47,415 nucleotides of DNA from an uncultured Mycoplasmatota bacterium (GTDB taxonomy: Bacteria; Bacillota_I; Bacilli_A; RF39; UBA660). The stretch is taken from contig CAMOYI010000009.1 in assembly GCA_946629885.1 (NCBI GenBank), forward strand, positions 1-47,415, written 5' to 3'. Below, piece by piece: positions 35,930 to 45,012 of this stretch (positions are counted from its first letter, which is position 1; each line of letters opens with the position of its first letter). A model generated the notes under the pieces. The model was not told the origin of the DNA and did not search any database. It worked only from the letters and a program-made list of their open reading frames with translations. The position numbers and the translations under genes are program-made.

Positions 35930-37831
35930 ATGAGTATTGAATTAAAATATAAAAGAATTATTTTGGATTGGATAGCTTCACATTTGGAAATTGACTTACA
36001 AAATCGTAAAAATGTAAACAATGCCTTTGAAATGTTAATATCTAAAATTATAAAGGAACCATCAAATAGTACTTCCTATGATTTTGATGCCTACGCAGAT
36101 GACTTTATGGCTCTCTTTTCAGATTCAATCAATCCCAAAGGTAATCAGAAGAGCATTGAAGAACTACTTGAGACTTTATTTTATATATATAAAAAAATGC
36201 AACGTAAACATGAAAACGTAGCTGATAAAAATACTGATATTGGAAAAATTAATCAAGCTACAGAAATACTAAAGATGATAATTGATGATTTAGTCATATT
36301 TGGTTTATTGTGTAAACTTGGCCATAGCGAACTTTTTTCGAAATATGTAACAGCGGAAAATGAAGATTTATTTGTAGATGAATTGTTAGATATCATCTAC
36401 GAAGAAACACAAAGCTTTAAAAAAATATACGATACTGTTTTTAATTATAATAGAGCGATTATGTCTATTTTTAATCGGAAATACACTAATAGGATGATAT
36501 GTTCTTTATTAAAAACAGGTACTTATGTTGACAGTGAAACTGTATTTAAAATGAATCGTCAGGTTTTTGTATTTGATCATTTAAGACGAATTAATTTTCC
36601 ATTTATTTATGGGGACAAGTTACCTGAAGTAACTTGGTACCAAGCTTTTAAAGTGTTTATAGAAATAACAGGAGGAGTTGGAAAGGGCAAAAGTACTTAT
36701 CCTTCTGAAGAAGCAAAAATAAAAGATATGATTAGGAGAAAAAAAGATTGTGACCAAAAGGCGGCAATTTTCTGTTTTAGAGTTTGTGCTATGTTAGGGG
36801 ATTTGAGATTTATCAATTATCCAATTCAATTGTTTGAAGATACATATTTGGCATCATTAGTAGGCCAAGATCCAGATTGGAAGGAAATATGTAAAAGTCA
36901 GAGCTGGAAGAGGATGTTACAAAATTCCAGTTGGAAAAAATTTTACAGTGATAGTAAGTGGTCAACAGTTTATAATGCTGTCGTAGAGAAAATAAGCGAC
37001 TATAGAAAACGGCACATTAATTTTTTAACACCAAAAGCAGCGAAAGTAGAGCAAAGAGGATATGATGAAAATGAATTTCAAATACATGATCGACTTTTAA
37101 ATTTTAAAGCTTTAATTCAAAATACAAAACAAGAAAATGAGGCGATAACATATAACGATGTATTAGCTTTTATCTTAGATGGCGTCGATGAGGAATACAA
37201 TGAGTTACTAGGCCTTATTTTTGGCATTAATGGCTATCCTGAGTTGTGCACACTAAGACAATTAGATGTATTTTTTTCAGAGTTAAAAAGCATCTATTAC
37301 ACAGGCCAAATTTATTTAACAAATACATGTAGAAGTTACTGGTTACCGTTATTATCTGCTATATTGAAAGAAATATTAAGTGATGAAAATAAAAAAGGAA
37401 TTAATAATACCGAAATTGATAAAATTAAAAAAGCAATATTAAAAATGAATTTATTTATAAGCCATAATTTTAGACCTGGCAATGAAACAGAAAATGACAA
37501 GCTTTTTGAAACAGCTATTATTACTTTTAGAGATAATCAACAAAATCTTCAGTTTTTATTAGATGGTGATACAGTTAATTTGAATGATGAAGTTGATTCT
37601 ATTTTAACTAAAAGCTGTAGTTTTGCTGTCTCGGAAAATAATATAGGATTGGGTAATACCCAAGCCGGAGTTAACGATAGCGAGGAAGTTAAAAAAGCTT
37701 TGTCTTGCTTCTTAATTAATTATCTTGAACAGAATGGATACAGATATAATTCAGATTCTGGTTTATTCGAAAGAATTAAAAAAATGGACTTTAAGGAAGC
37801 TCATGTGACTATTAAAGATACTGAATCTTAA
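35930..37831 (+). CDS. large hypothetical protein (~633 aa) with a Walker A-like motif
   Basis: Long ORF; ATG 35930 after GGAAGG is preferred over 35897; TTGAAT-N16-TATAAT at 35867-35894; contains VFIEITGGVGKGKST. Confidence 0.82.
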   Translation: MSIELKYKRIILDWIASHLEIDLQNRKNVNNAFEMLISKIIKEPSNSTSYDFDAYADDFMALFSDSINPKGNQKSIEELLETLFYIYKKMQRKHENVADKNTDIGKINQATEILKMIIDDLVIFGLLCKLGHSELFSKYVTAENEDLFVDELLDIIYEETQSFKKIYDTVFNYNRAIMSIFNRKYTNRMICSLLKTGTYVDSETVFKMNRQVFVFDHLRRINFPFIYGDKLPEVTWYQAFKVFIEITGGVGKGKSTYPSEEAKIKDMIRRKKDCDQKAAIFCFRVCAMLGDLRFINYPIQLFEDTYLASLVGQDPDWKEICKSQSWKRMLQNSSWKKFYSDSKWSTVYNAVVEKISDYRKRHINFLTPKAAKVEQRGYDENEFQIHDRLLNFKALIQNTKQENEAITYNDVLAFILDGVDEEYNELLGLIFGINGYPELCTLRQLDVFFSELKSIYYTGQIYLTNTCRSYWLPLLSAILKEILSDENKKGINNTEIDKIKKAILKMNLFISHNFRPGNETENDKLFETAIITFRDNQQNLQFLLDGDTVNLNDEVDSILTKSCSFAVSENNIGLGNTQAGVNDSEEVKKALSCFLINYLEQNGYRYNSDSGLFERIKKMDFKEAHVTIKDTES

Positions 37832-38606
37832 TTAGTTTACCAATAACTTTTATATTGTCAGTAGATTCTAATACTAATAATTTATCATTAATGCCAAGCG
37901 ATGTCTTAAAGTCGATATCGCTTTTTTCTATAAGATCATTTAAAAATTGTGTGTACTCTTCATCAGTATTAAAAAGAGTTTTTGTGTCAGCTTTATCTTT
38001 ATATACACTTACTATTTGCCATAAACTAGTATATTCATTTGTTACGAATTTAATTAAGAAGTTAGCATTGTCATCTCTCCACTTTTCGTCAAATGCAAAT
38101 CTCAAATCAAATATCGATTTATTTCCTTGAATTACTGTAACAGGATTAGAGTCGTTTAGTGTTCCTTTTACATAGACTGCACCAAACCTATTGGAAGTTT
38201 TATCGAATGCGTGATTCTTATAAAAAATCTCATCACCATTATTAACTACTGGAGAATTGATAGAAGTATTTTTTATTTGCACCCAAGCAGTTGCATCTGG
38301 CACTTTTTTTCTCAACTCGTTGAAGTTTATATTGATCATTCCTTGTTTGACATAAATAAAATAGGGCGAGAATTTATCTTTAGAATCCTCCGTATCAACT
38401 ATTATGGTAGATTCATTATCAACAACATATTCGATAGTAGTTTCTCTTTTCAAGTCTGAAACGAATTTGACAGTTTTTCTATATTCGAATATATAATCAG
38501 CAAAGTGTACTATTCCATATATTGAAAGGCTAATAACCACTAAAAACATAAATAGTTTAAATACATTTTTCCACTTTACACGATATTTTTTCTTTACTTT
38601 TGGCAT
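37812..38606 (-). CDS. class B sortase-like protein, apparently catalytically inactive
   Basis: INFNELRKKVPDATAWVQIKNTSINSPVV, FYKNHAFDK...FGAVY, WQIVSVY match sortase B; the GH and TLxTC motifs are replaced by QGN and VLEST. Confidence 0.78.
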   Translation of the reverse strand: MPKVKKKYRVKWKNVFKLFMFLVVISLSIYGIVHFADYIFEYRKTVKFVSDLKRETTIEYVVDNESTIIVDTEDSKDKFSPYFIYVKQGMININFNELRKKVPDATAWVQIKNTSINSPVVNNGDEIFYKNHAFDKTSNRFGAVYVKGTLNDSNPVTVIQGNKSIFDLRFAFDEKWRDDNANFLIKFVTNEYTSLWQIVSVYKDKADTKTLFNTDEEYTQFLNDLIEKSDIDFKTSLGINDKLLVLESTDNIKVIGKLIKIQYL

Positions 38607-38633
38607 CTTACTTCACCATATTAATTATAAAAC

Positions 38634-38665
38634 AAAAAGTTTATACTTACTAGTATAAACTTTTT
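38634..38665 (-). terminator. intrinsic terminator after proS
   Basis: 14-bp stem AAAAAGTTTATACT/AGTATAAACTTTTT with a 4-nt loop. Confidence 0.8.
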
Positions 38666-40103
38666 AATATTGTTTCCCAAAATACAACTTGCATTTTGCC
38701 TCACTACCACATATTGCACATGGACCATCTGGTTCATGGTTATCTAGTGGAATGCATCTAGATTTTAATCCTAGCTCATCTTTAACCTTGTTTTCACAGT
38801 CCACATTTCCACACCAGTTGACTAATATGAATCCTGACTTTTCTTTAGCGATTTTAGTCATTTCATCATAATTATTTGCTGTGTATAACATAGTATTTCT
38901 TCTTGCTAGAGCTCTATCATACATGTCTTTTTGAATTTGTTCTAAAAGAGTAGGAATAGTCTTAATTACATTTTCAAGTGTAACTTCTATTTTCTCTAAA
39001 GTATCTCTTCTAACTAATGTAACGATACCTCTTTCCAAGTCTCTAGGACCAACTTCAATTCTTATTGGATAACCTTTAACTTCTGCTTCTGCAAACTTAA
39101 ATCCTGGAGTTTTATCTGTCTCATCTACCTTAACTGTAATATCATTTTTTAATAATTCTTCCTTGATGTTATCACATGCAGTTTTTAGTTCTTCGTTTTT
39201 AGAAGTATTACCAATTGGTATAATTATTACTTTAATTGGTGCGATTTTTGGAGGAAGTACAAGGCCTCTATCATCACCGTGAGTCATTATAATTGAACCA
39301 ATCATCCTAGTAGTTACTCCCCAAGAAGTTTGATATGGTGTTTCTAACTTATTTTCTTTGTTTAAAAATTCTATACCAAAAGCTTTAGCAAAGTGCGTAC
39401 CAAAATAGTGACTTGTTCCATTTTGTAGTGCGACTCCATCGTACATCATAGCTTCGATTGTGTACGTTTTCTCAGCCCCTGCAAATTTTTCTTTATCAGT
39501 CTTTTCACCAACTATAACTGGAAGTGCTAAGTAATTTCTCTGGAAGTCTTCATACACTTTGAGCATTCTCAAAGTTTCTTCCATTGCTTCTTTGGCACTT
39601 GCATGCATGGTATGTCCTTCTTGCCATAATATTTCTCTAGTCCTCAAGAATGGGCGAGTTGTCTTTTCCCAGCGAACAATTGTACACCACTGATTATATA
39701 GCTTTGGTAAGTCTCTATAGCTCTTTATTATCTTTTTATAATGCTCGCAGAATAAAGTTTCACTAGTAGGGCGAACGCATATTCTTTCCTCTAGTTCTTC
39801 ACTACCACCATGAGTAACCCATGCGACTTCTGGAGCGAAACCCTCGACGTGTTCTTTTTCGACATTTAATAAACTTTCAGGGATAAACATCGGCATTTGT
39901 AAATTCTCATGACCATAACGCTTAAATTCTCTATCTAGTACACTTTGCATGTTCTCCCAAATGGCATATCCATACGGTCTTATGATCATGCTGCCTTTCA
40001 TATTTGTGTAATCTACTAAGTCTGCTTTTTTAACTATGCTAGTATACCAATCTGCAAAATTTTCATCTCGACTTATAATACTTTTATTTTGGATTTCTCC
40101 CAT
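38664..40103 (-). CDS. proS: proline--tRNA ligase, archaeal/eukaryotic type
   Basis: HVEGFAPEVAWVT, RPTSET, PFLRTREILWQEGHT, QTSWGVTTR, C-terminal Cys cluster ending in Y. True start is ATG 40103 (RBS GAGGGA). Confidence 0.97.
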   Translation of the reverse strand: MGEIQNKSIISRDENFADWYTSIVKKADLVDYTNMKGSMIIRPYGYAIWENMQSVLDREFKRYGHENLQMPMFIPESLLNVEKEHVEGFAPEVAWVTHGGSEELEERICVRPTSETLFCEHYKKIIKSYRDLPKLYNQWCTIVRWEKTTRPFLRTREILWQEGHTMHASAKEAMEETLRMLKVYEDFQRNYLALPVIVGEKTDKEKFAGAEKTYTIEAMMYDGVALQNGTSHYFGTHFAKAFGIEFLNKENKLETPYQTSWGVTTRMIGSIIMTHGDDRGLVLPPKIAPIKVIIIPIGNTSKNEELKTACDNIKEELLKNDITVKVDETDKTPGFKFAEAEVKGYPIRIEVGPRDLERGIVTLVRRDTLEKIEVTLENVIKTIPTLLEQIQKDMYDRALARRNTMLYTANNYDEMTKIAKEKSGFILVNWCGNVDCENKVKDELGLKSRCIPLDNHEPDGPCAICGSEAKCKLYFGKQY

Positions 40104-40199
40104 ATTATCCCTCTTTTCATGAATGATTATAACAACAAAATAAATGTTTTGCAACTTATGTGATGATTTAGTATAATTAATATAATGTGGTGATGCAGT

Positions 40200-41456
40200 A
40201 TGGATAAGAATAGTAAAAGAAGAGTTAAAGTTGATGAGAATAATCCTAGTATTCAAAGAATTGAAGAACGTTGCATAAATTGTGGCAATTGTATGAGAAT
40301 ATGTGAGGAAGTTGTCGGAATTAACCATGAGACGGAAAAAGAAGATTGTTCTATATGTATAAACTGTGGTCAGTGCATAATGAATTGTCCAGTCGGTGCA
40401 CTTCTTGCTAAATATGACTATAAAAAAGTATTAAATATAATACATGATACCGATAAGATTGTAACTATATCTATAGCACCTGCAGTGAGAACATCTTTGG
40501 CGGAAGAATTTGGAATTGCAAATGAAAACTTTGAGGACATTTTACCATCTATAGCAAGAGCTTTAGGATTTGATTATGTTTTCGATATAACTTTTGGAGC
40601 AGATGTTACAGTTATGGAAGAAACACGAGAATTTTTAGAAAGACTAGAAAAAAAAGGGAAGTTACCGTTATTTACAAGTTGTTGTCCATCTTGGGTAAAA
40701 TATGCGTCTATATTTCATCCCGAACTACTTCCAAATATTTCGACGACTAAAAGTCCTATAGGAATACAAAGTACATTGATAAAAACATACTTTAAGGATT
40801 TTAGTTGTATCGATAACGATATAATAAGTGTAGTTGTCGCACCTTGTACTAGTAAGAAGTATGAAATAATTAATGGTGACACAGACTATGTCATTACGAC
40901 TCAGGAACTAGCGATGATGATGAGAGAGTGCAAAATTGACATTGAGGCATTAAAACCGGCTTCGTTCGATTCTCTTTTAAGTAAAGGAAGTAAAGCCGGG
41001 GTAATGTTTGGAAGAAGTGGTGGAGTAATGGAATCTATAATGAACTGTGCACACTACTATATAACAGGAAAATCACCAGAAATGGGCGAGTATCACATAG
41101 AGATGAATAGTCCGATAGAGTCTAAAACTTATAAAATAGGGAATAAGTCTATTAGATGCCTTGTAGTATATGGCATGAAATCATTAGAAAGCGTTTTAGA
41201 TAAAATCGGTAGCTACGATATTGTCGAAGTTATGAATTGTCCAGGAGGTTGTATAGGTGGAGGAGGTCAACCATTAATTCCAATACAGAAATTAGAAAAA
41301 TCAGAGATTGACCGTAAACGATTACTTAATAATGAAGATGCCAAAGTCCAATTTTGTTTTGAAAACAGAGATGTAGTAGAGTTATATGAAACATACTTAG
41401 ATAGACCGATGAGTCAAAAAGCAGAAAAACTTTTACACTGCAATCATATGAAATAA
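40200..41456 (+). CDS. [FeFe]-hydrogenase catalytic subunit with a 2x[4Fe-4S] ferredoxin domain
   Basis: CINCGNCMRIC and CINCGQCIMNCP; H-cluster motifs TSCCPSW, APCTSKKYE, EVMNCPGGCIGGGGQP. Confidence 0.92.
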   Translation: MDKNSKRRVKVDENNPSIQRIEERCINCGNCMRICEEVVGINHETEKEDCSICINCGQCIMNCPVGALLAKYDYKKVLNIIHDTDKIVTISIAPAVRTSLAEEFGIANENFEDILPSIARALGFDYVFDITFGADVTVMEETREFLERLEKKGKLPLFTSCCPSWVKYASIFHPELLPNISTTKSPIGIQSTLIKTYFKDFSCIDNDIISVVVAPCTSKKYEIINGDTDYVITTQELAMMMRECKIDIEALKPASFDSLLSKGSKAGVMFGRSGGVMESIMNCAHYYITGKSPEMGEYHIEMNSPIESKTYKIGNKSIRCLVVYGMKSLESVLDKIGSYDIVEVMNCPGGCIGGGGQPLIPIQKLEKSEIDRKRLLNNEDAKVQFCFENRDVVELYETYLDRPMSQKAEKLLHCNHMK

Positions 41457-41493
41457 TCTTAATTAATAGGTAGTAATAATTTCAATCAGCATT

Positions 41494-41524
41494 AAAAAGC
41501 TAAGTTTATTTTTAAACTTAGCTT
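41494..41524. terminator. probable bidirectional terminator between the hydrogenase and rnj
   Basis: 12-bp stem AAGCTAAGTTTA/TAAACTTAGCTT between convergent genes. Confidence 0.75.
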
Positions 41525-43196
41525 ATTTTATTTCCATAATAACTGGTAGAATAATTGGTCTACGACCAGTTAATTCATTTATATATGGATTTAATTCTAA
41601 TATGATTTGATTTTTTAAATCGACATAATTATATTTTACATTTGACTGTAAATACTTATTAGTTATTTGCTCTATCTTTTTACTAATAGATAAGATGAGT
41701 TCAGTATTTTCATTTACTAGGACAAATCCTCTTGTCGTAACATTTGGATGTATTAGAAGTTGTCTTTTATTTATGTCTATGTTTAATATGGCGATTAATA
41801 TTCCATCTTTGCTCATCAATTTCCTATCTTTAATCACGACAGAACCGACACTTCCAACTCTCGATCCATCTACATAAATATCTGCTGCTTGATAATTTTT
41901 CCCACGTTTAACTTCATTTGGATATAAATCTATAGATTGTCCATTTTTAAGAATAAAGACTTTGTCTTCTTCTATTCCACAAGATACAGCGAGATTTTTA
42001 TGGCTCTTTAACATCTTATATTCACCGTGAACTGGCATAAAGTATTCAGGCTTAAACAATCTCAACATTAATCTTAGTTCTTCTTGTTTTCCGTGTCCAG
42101 ATGTGTGAATGCTATCAAACTCGGAGTTTGTTATGACTTTAACTCCCTTTAAATACAATTTATTAATAACTCTATTTACACTTGCAGCATTTCCTGGTAT
42201 TGGACTAGATGAAAATACGACAATATCATCAGGCATCAAAGTAATTTGTTTATGTGTACCTGCCGCAATACGCGATAATGCTGCTAATGGTTCACCTTGA
42301 CTGCCTGTACAAAGAATACATATTTCATTTTTCTTTAAGTCCTTTGCTTCACTAGGATCTATAAAAATGCTTTTATCTGTTATTAAGTTGTTTTCTATGG
42401 CAATTCCCTTTGCATTTTCCATACTTCTTCCAAAAGTTATAATCTTTCTGTTGTGCTCTCTACATGTTTCTACTATATGTTTAATTCTATATATATTTGA
42501 TGCAAATGTTGCAAGTATAATTCTATTGGCAGTGTATTTATCAAAGATAGAATTAATCGTTTCATCTACACAAGATTCACTCTTTGAAAATCCTTCAATA
42601 AGTGCATTCGTCGAGTCACTCATCATGAGTTTGACTCCTTGTTCGCCAATGCGAGCCATCTTATGTATATCGCTCATCGGTCCAATTGGTGTTAAATCAA
42701 ATTTAAAATCTCCAGTTTCCACAATAATACCAGCTGGTGTATGAACTATGATGCCATATGAATCCGGAATCGAGTGACTTGTACGAACAAATTCCACACT
42801 CATAGTTTTAAACTTGTAAAATGAATTTTCATCGAACACTTCAAAATCGTTATAGGTTATATTTCTATCAACTAATTTTTTCTTTATTAAGTCTAGTGCA
42901 ATTTTTGCAGAATATATTTTTGGAATTTTAACGCTAGATAATAGGAAAGGTATGCCTCCGATGTGATCCTCGTGACCATGCGTTATAAATAACCCCACAA
43001 TTTTGTCTTCATTTTCTTTTAAAAAGGTAACATCTTGTATTACATAGTCAACACCTAAAAGGTCATCTTCTGGAAACATTACTCCAGCATCGATTATGAC
43101 GATTTCATCGTCCGTCTTAATAATATACATGTTTTTTCCTACTTCGCCTAATCCGCCCAAAGCGAAGACAGAAGTAGTTTTGTCTAATTCAGTCAT
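41523..43196 (-). CDS. rnj: ribonuclease J
   Basis: ALGGLGEVGKNM, THGHEDHIG, TGDFK, TGSQGEP, HTSGH, PVHGE. ATG 43196 follows AGAAGGA. Confidence 0.97.
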   Translation of the reverse strand: MTELDKTTSVFALGGLGEVGKNMYIIKTDDEIVIIDAGVMFPEDDLLGVDYVIQDVTFLKENEDKIVGLFITHGHEDHIGGIPFLLSSVKIPKIYSAKIALDLIKKKLVDRNITYNDFEVFDENSFYKFKTMSVEFVRTSHSIPDSYGIIVHTPAGIIVETGDFKFDLTPIGPMSDIHKMARIGEQGVKLMMSDSTNALIEGFSKSESCVDETINSIFDKYTANRIILATFASNIYRIKHIVETCREHNRKIITFGRSMENAKGIAIENNLITDKSIFIDPSEAKDLKKNEICILCTGSQGEPLAALSRIAAGTHKQITLMPDDIVVFSSSPIPGNAASVNRVINKLYLKGVKVITNSEFDSIHTSGHGKQEELRLMLRLFKPEYFMPVHGEYKMLKSHKNLAVSCGIEEDKVFILKNGQSIDLYPNEVKRGKNYQAADIYVDGSRVGSVGSVVIKDRKLMSKDGILIAILNIDINKRQLLIHPNVTTRGFVLVNENTELILSISKKIEQITNKYLQSNVKYNYVDLKNQIILELNPYINELTGRRPIILPVIMEIK

Positions 43197-43267
43197 AAAT
43201 ATCCTTCTTTCATTCAATTAATAATTATTAAAGCGTCATTTGATATATAGATTATAACAAAGTATGT

Positions 43268-43296
43268 TTGAATTTTCAAGTGAATGCTGCTATACT
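43268..43296 (+). promoter_or_regulatory. sigmaA promoter for pilin-ftsY-ylxM-lemA
   Basis: TTGAAT-N17-TATACT with an extended TG. Confidence 0.7.
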
Positions 43297-43314
43297 TAAA
43301 TAGAGGTTGATAAT

Positions 43315-43716
43315 ATGAACAAAAAAGGGTTTACACTCGTAGAAATTATATTAGTAGTTGCGATTATAGGTACTATTGCTACCATCAGTATAGTTGTCAT
43401 ACAAAATACTAAAAATAAAGCAGCCAGTGCAATAATCGAGCAGGAAAAAGGTGAGATAGATACTGCACTTAGAGTACTCGGAATCGACTTAAAAGATTAT
43501 GAAAGCGATATATTTAATTGTATGGATGGTTCTTGGATTGAACGCTTCTGTCATATGAATAGCAATACTGGTGAGTGGCAATGGGTAAAATTAGATGTAG
43601 AAGATTTGAAAGAACACGGATATTTAAAAGATAACAGTTCACGTTGTAGTGGAGAAGTAACTGTATATAATGGTAATGACACAGTACTACCAGAAGTAAC
43701 CGCAGAATGCAACTAG
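43315..43716 (+). CDS. type IV pilin/pseudopilin-like protein (class III signal peptide)
   Basis: MNKKG|FTLVEIILVVAII prepilin cleavage/methylation motif; ComGC-like LKEHGYL; four Cys. Confidence 0.88.
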   Translation: MNKKGFTLVEIILVVAIIGTIATISIVVIQNTKNKAASAIIEQEKGEIDTALRVLGIDLKDYESDIFNCMDGSWIERFCHMNSNTGEWQWVKLDVEDLKEHGYLKDNSSRCSGEVTVYNGNDTVLPEVTAECN

Positions 43717-43727
43717 GAGGAATACGC

Positions 43728-44699
43728 ATGGGTCTATTTGATAAATTAAAAGCGACATTTAAAAAAGAAGAAAAAAAAGACGTAACAGACTATGAAAATG
43801 GTCTTACAAAGACTAGGGAAAATTTTGTCTCAAAATTAAACATTTTGGGAATAAAATATACAAAAGTAAACGATGAATATTTTGAAGAACTTGAAAACAT
43901 ATTGATAAGCGCAGATATAGGTGTAAATACCGTTTACAAACTCTTGGACAGATTAAAAAAGAGAGTAAAAGATGAACACATTACCAATAGTAAGGATTTA
44001 AATGAAGTAATTGTCGACGAGATGTTTATGATCTATGTAGGATCTGACCAACTAAGCGATAAAATAAAGATTAATCAAGATGGACCTACAGTAATACTCG
44101 TAGTGGGAGTTAACGGCGTCGGAAAGACTACGACGATAGGTAAACTTGCCAAAAAGTATGTAGATGAAGGGAAAAAGGTTTTACTCATCGCAGGTGATAC
44201 ATTTAGAGCGGGTGCAGTGGAACAGTTAAAAATATGGGCTGATAGAAGTGGCGCAGATTTTTACGGAAAAGAAAACAGTGATCCTGCTGGAGTAGTATTT
44301 GATGGGCTTGCCCAAGCTAAGGAAAAATCTAGTGACATTGTACTCATAGATACTGCTGGTAGACTACAAAACAAGGTTGGTTTGATGCAAGAATTGGAAA
44401 AGATTAATAGAGTCATTTCAAAGCAGATTGAATCTGGCCCACATGAGACACTTTTAGTAATCGATGCAGGTACTGGGCAAAATGGAATAAGTCAAGCTGA
44501 AAGTTTTAAAGGTATAACAAACATTTCTGGTATTGTCTTGACAAAACTCGATGGTACAGCAAAAGGCGGTATAGTTTTAGCAATAAAAGATACAGTAGGA
44601 TTACCAGTCAAATTTATAGGCCTTGGTGAAGGTATCAATGATTTGAAATCATTCGATATCGAAACTTATATTTATGGACTATTTAAGGATATGATGTAA
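43728..44699 (+). CDS. ftsY: signal recognition particle receptor FtsY
   Basis: VGVNGVGKTTTIGKLA, DTFRAGA, DTAGRLQ, TKLDGTAKGG. ATG 43728 follows GGAGG. Confidence 0.98.
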   Translation: MGLFDKLKATFKKEEKKDVTDYENGLTKTRENFVSKLNILGIKYTKVNDEYFEELENILISADIGVNTVYKLLDRLKKRVKDEHITNSKDLNEVIVDEMFMIYVGSDQLSDKIKINQDGPTVILVVGVNGVGKTTTIGKLAKKYVDEGKKVLLIAGDTFRAGAVEQLKIWADRSGADFYGKENSDPAGVVFDGLAQAKEKSSDIVLIDTAGRLQNKVGLMQELEKINRVISKQIESGPHETLLVIDAGTGQNGISQAESFKGITNISGIVLTKLDGTAKGGIVLAIKDTVGLPVKFIGLGEGINDLKSFDIETYIYGLFKDMM

Positions 44700-45010
44700 T
44701 GGAAGATACAATTTACTATATAGAATTATTCGATTTTTATGGTAGTCTTCTATCACCTAAGCAGAAAAGTTATTTTTATGACTATTACTTTGACAATCTT
44801 TTATTAGAAGAAATCGCAGAGAATGATCATGTAAGTAAAAATGCAGTTAGCAAGGAGATAATAAAAGCTAAAAGTAAGTTAGATTACTACGAAGAAAATT
44901 TACATCTATGGCAAAAAGATAAAAAAATAAAGCAAGAATTTGCAAATGAACGAGATATATTGAATAGAATTGAAAAATGTGATATCATGGAAAATATAGA
45001 GGAGGATTAA
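44699..45010 (+). CDS. ylxM: YlxM (UPF0122) family HTH protein
   Basis: LFDFYGSLLSPKQ...YYFDNLLLEEIAE...VSKNAV...YEENL; follows ftsY. Confidence 0.88.
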   Translation: MEDTIYYIELFDFYGSLLSPKQKSYFYDYYFDNLLLEEIAENDHVSKNAVSKEIIKAKSKLDYYEENLHLWQKDKKIKQEFANERDILNRIEKCDIMENIEED

Positions 45011-45012
45011 TT

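Noticed and set aside
40104-40328. 75-aa N-terminal extension of ProRS
   Set aside because: It overlaps the divergent hydrogenase gene and intergenic region. ATG 40103 has an RBS and gives a normal-length enzyme.
2958-43729. Numerous 60-144 aa antisense or alternate-frame ORFs (e.g. 2958-3374, 6562-6942, 28880-29305, 31177-31611, 42367-42744)
   Set aside because: They lie within or largely overlap well-supported genes, have Ser/Ile/Leu/Phe-rich shadow composition, and show no motifs.
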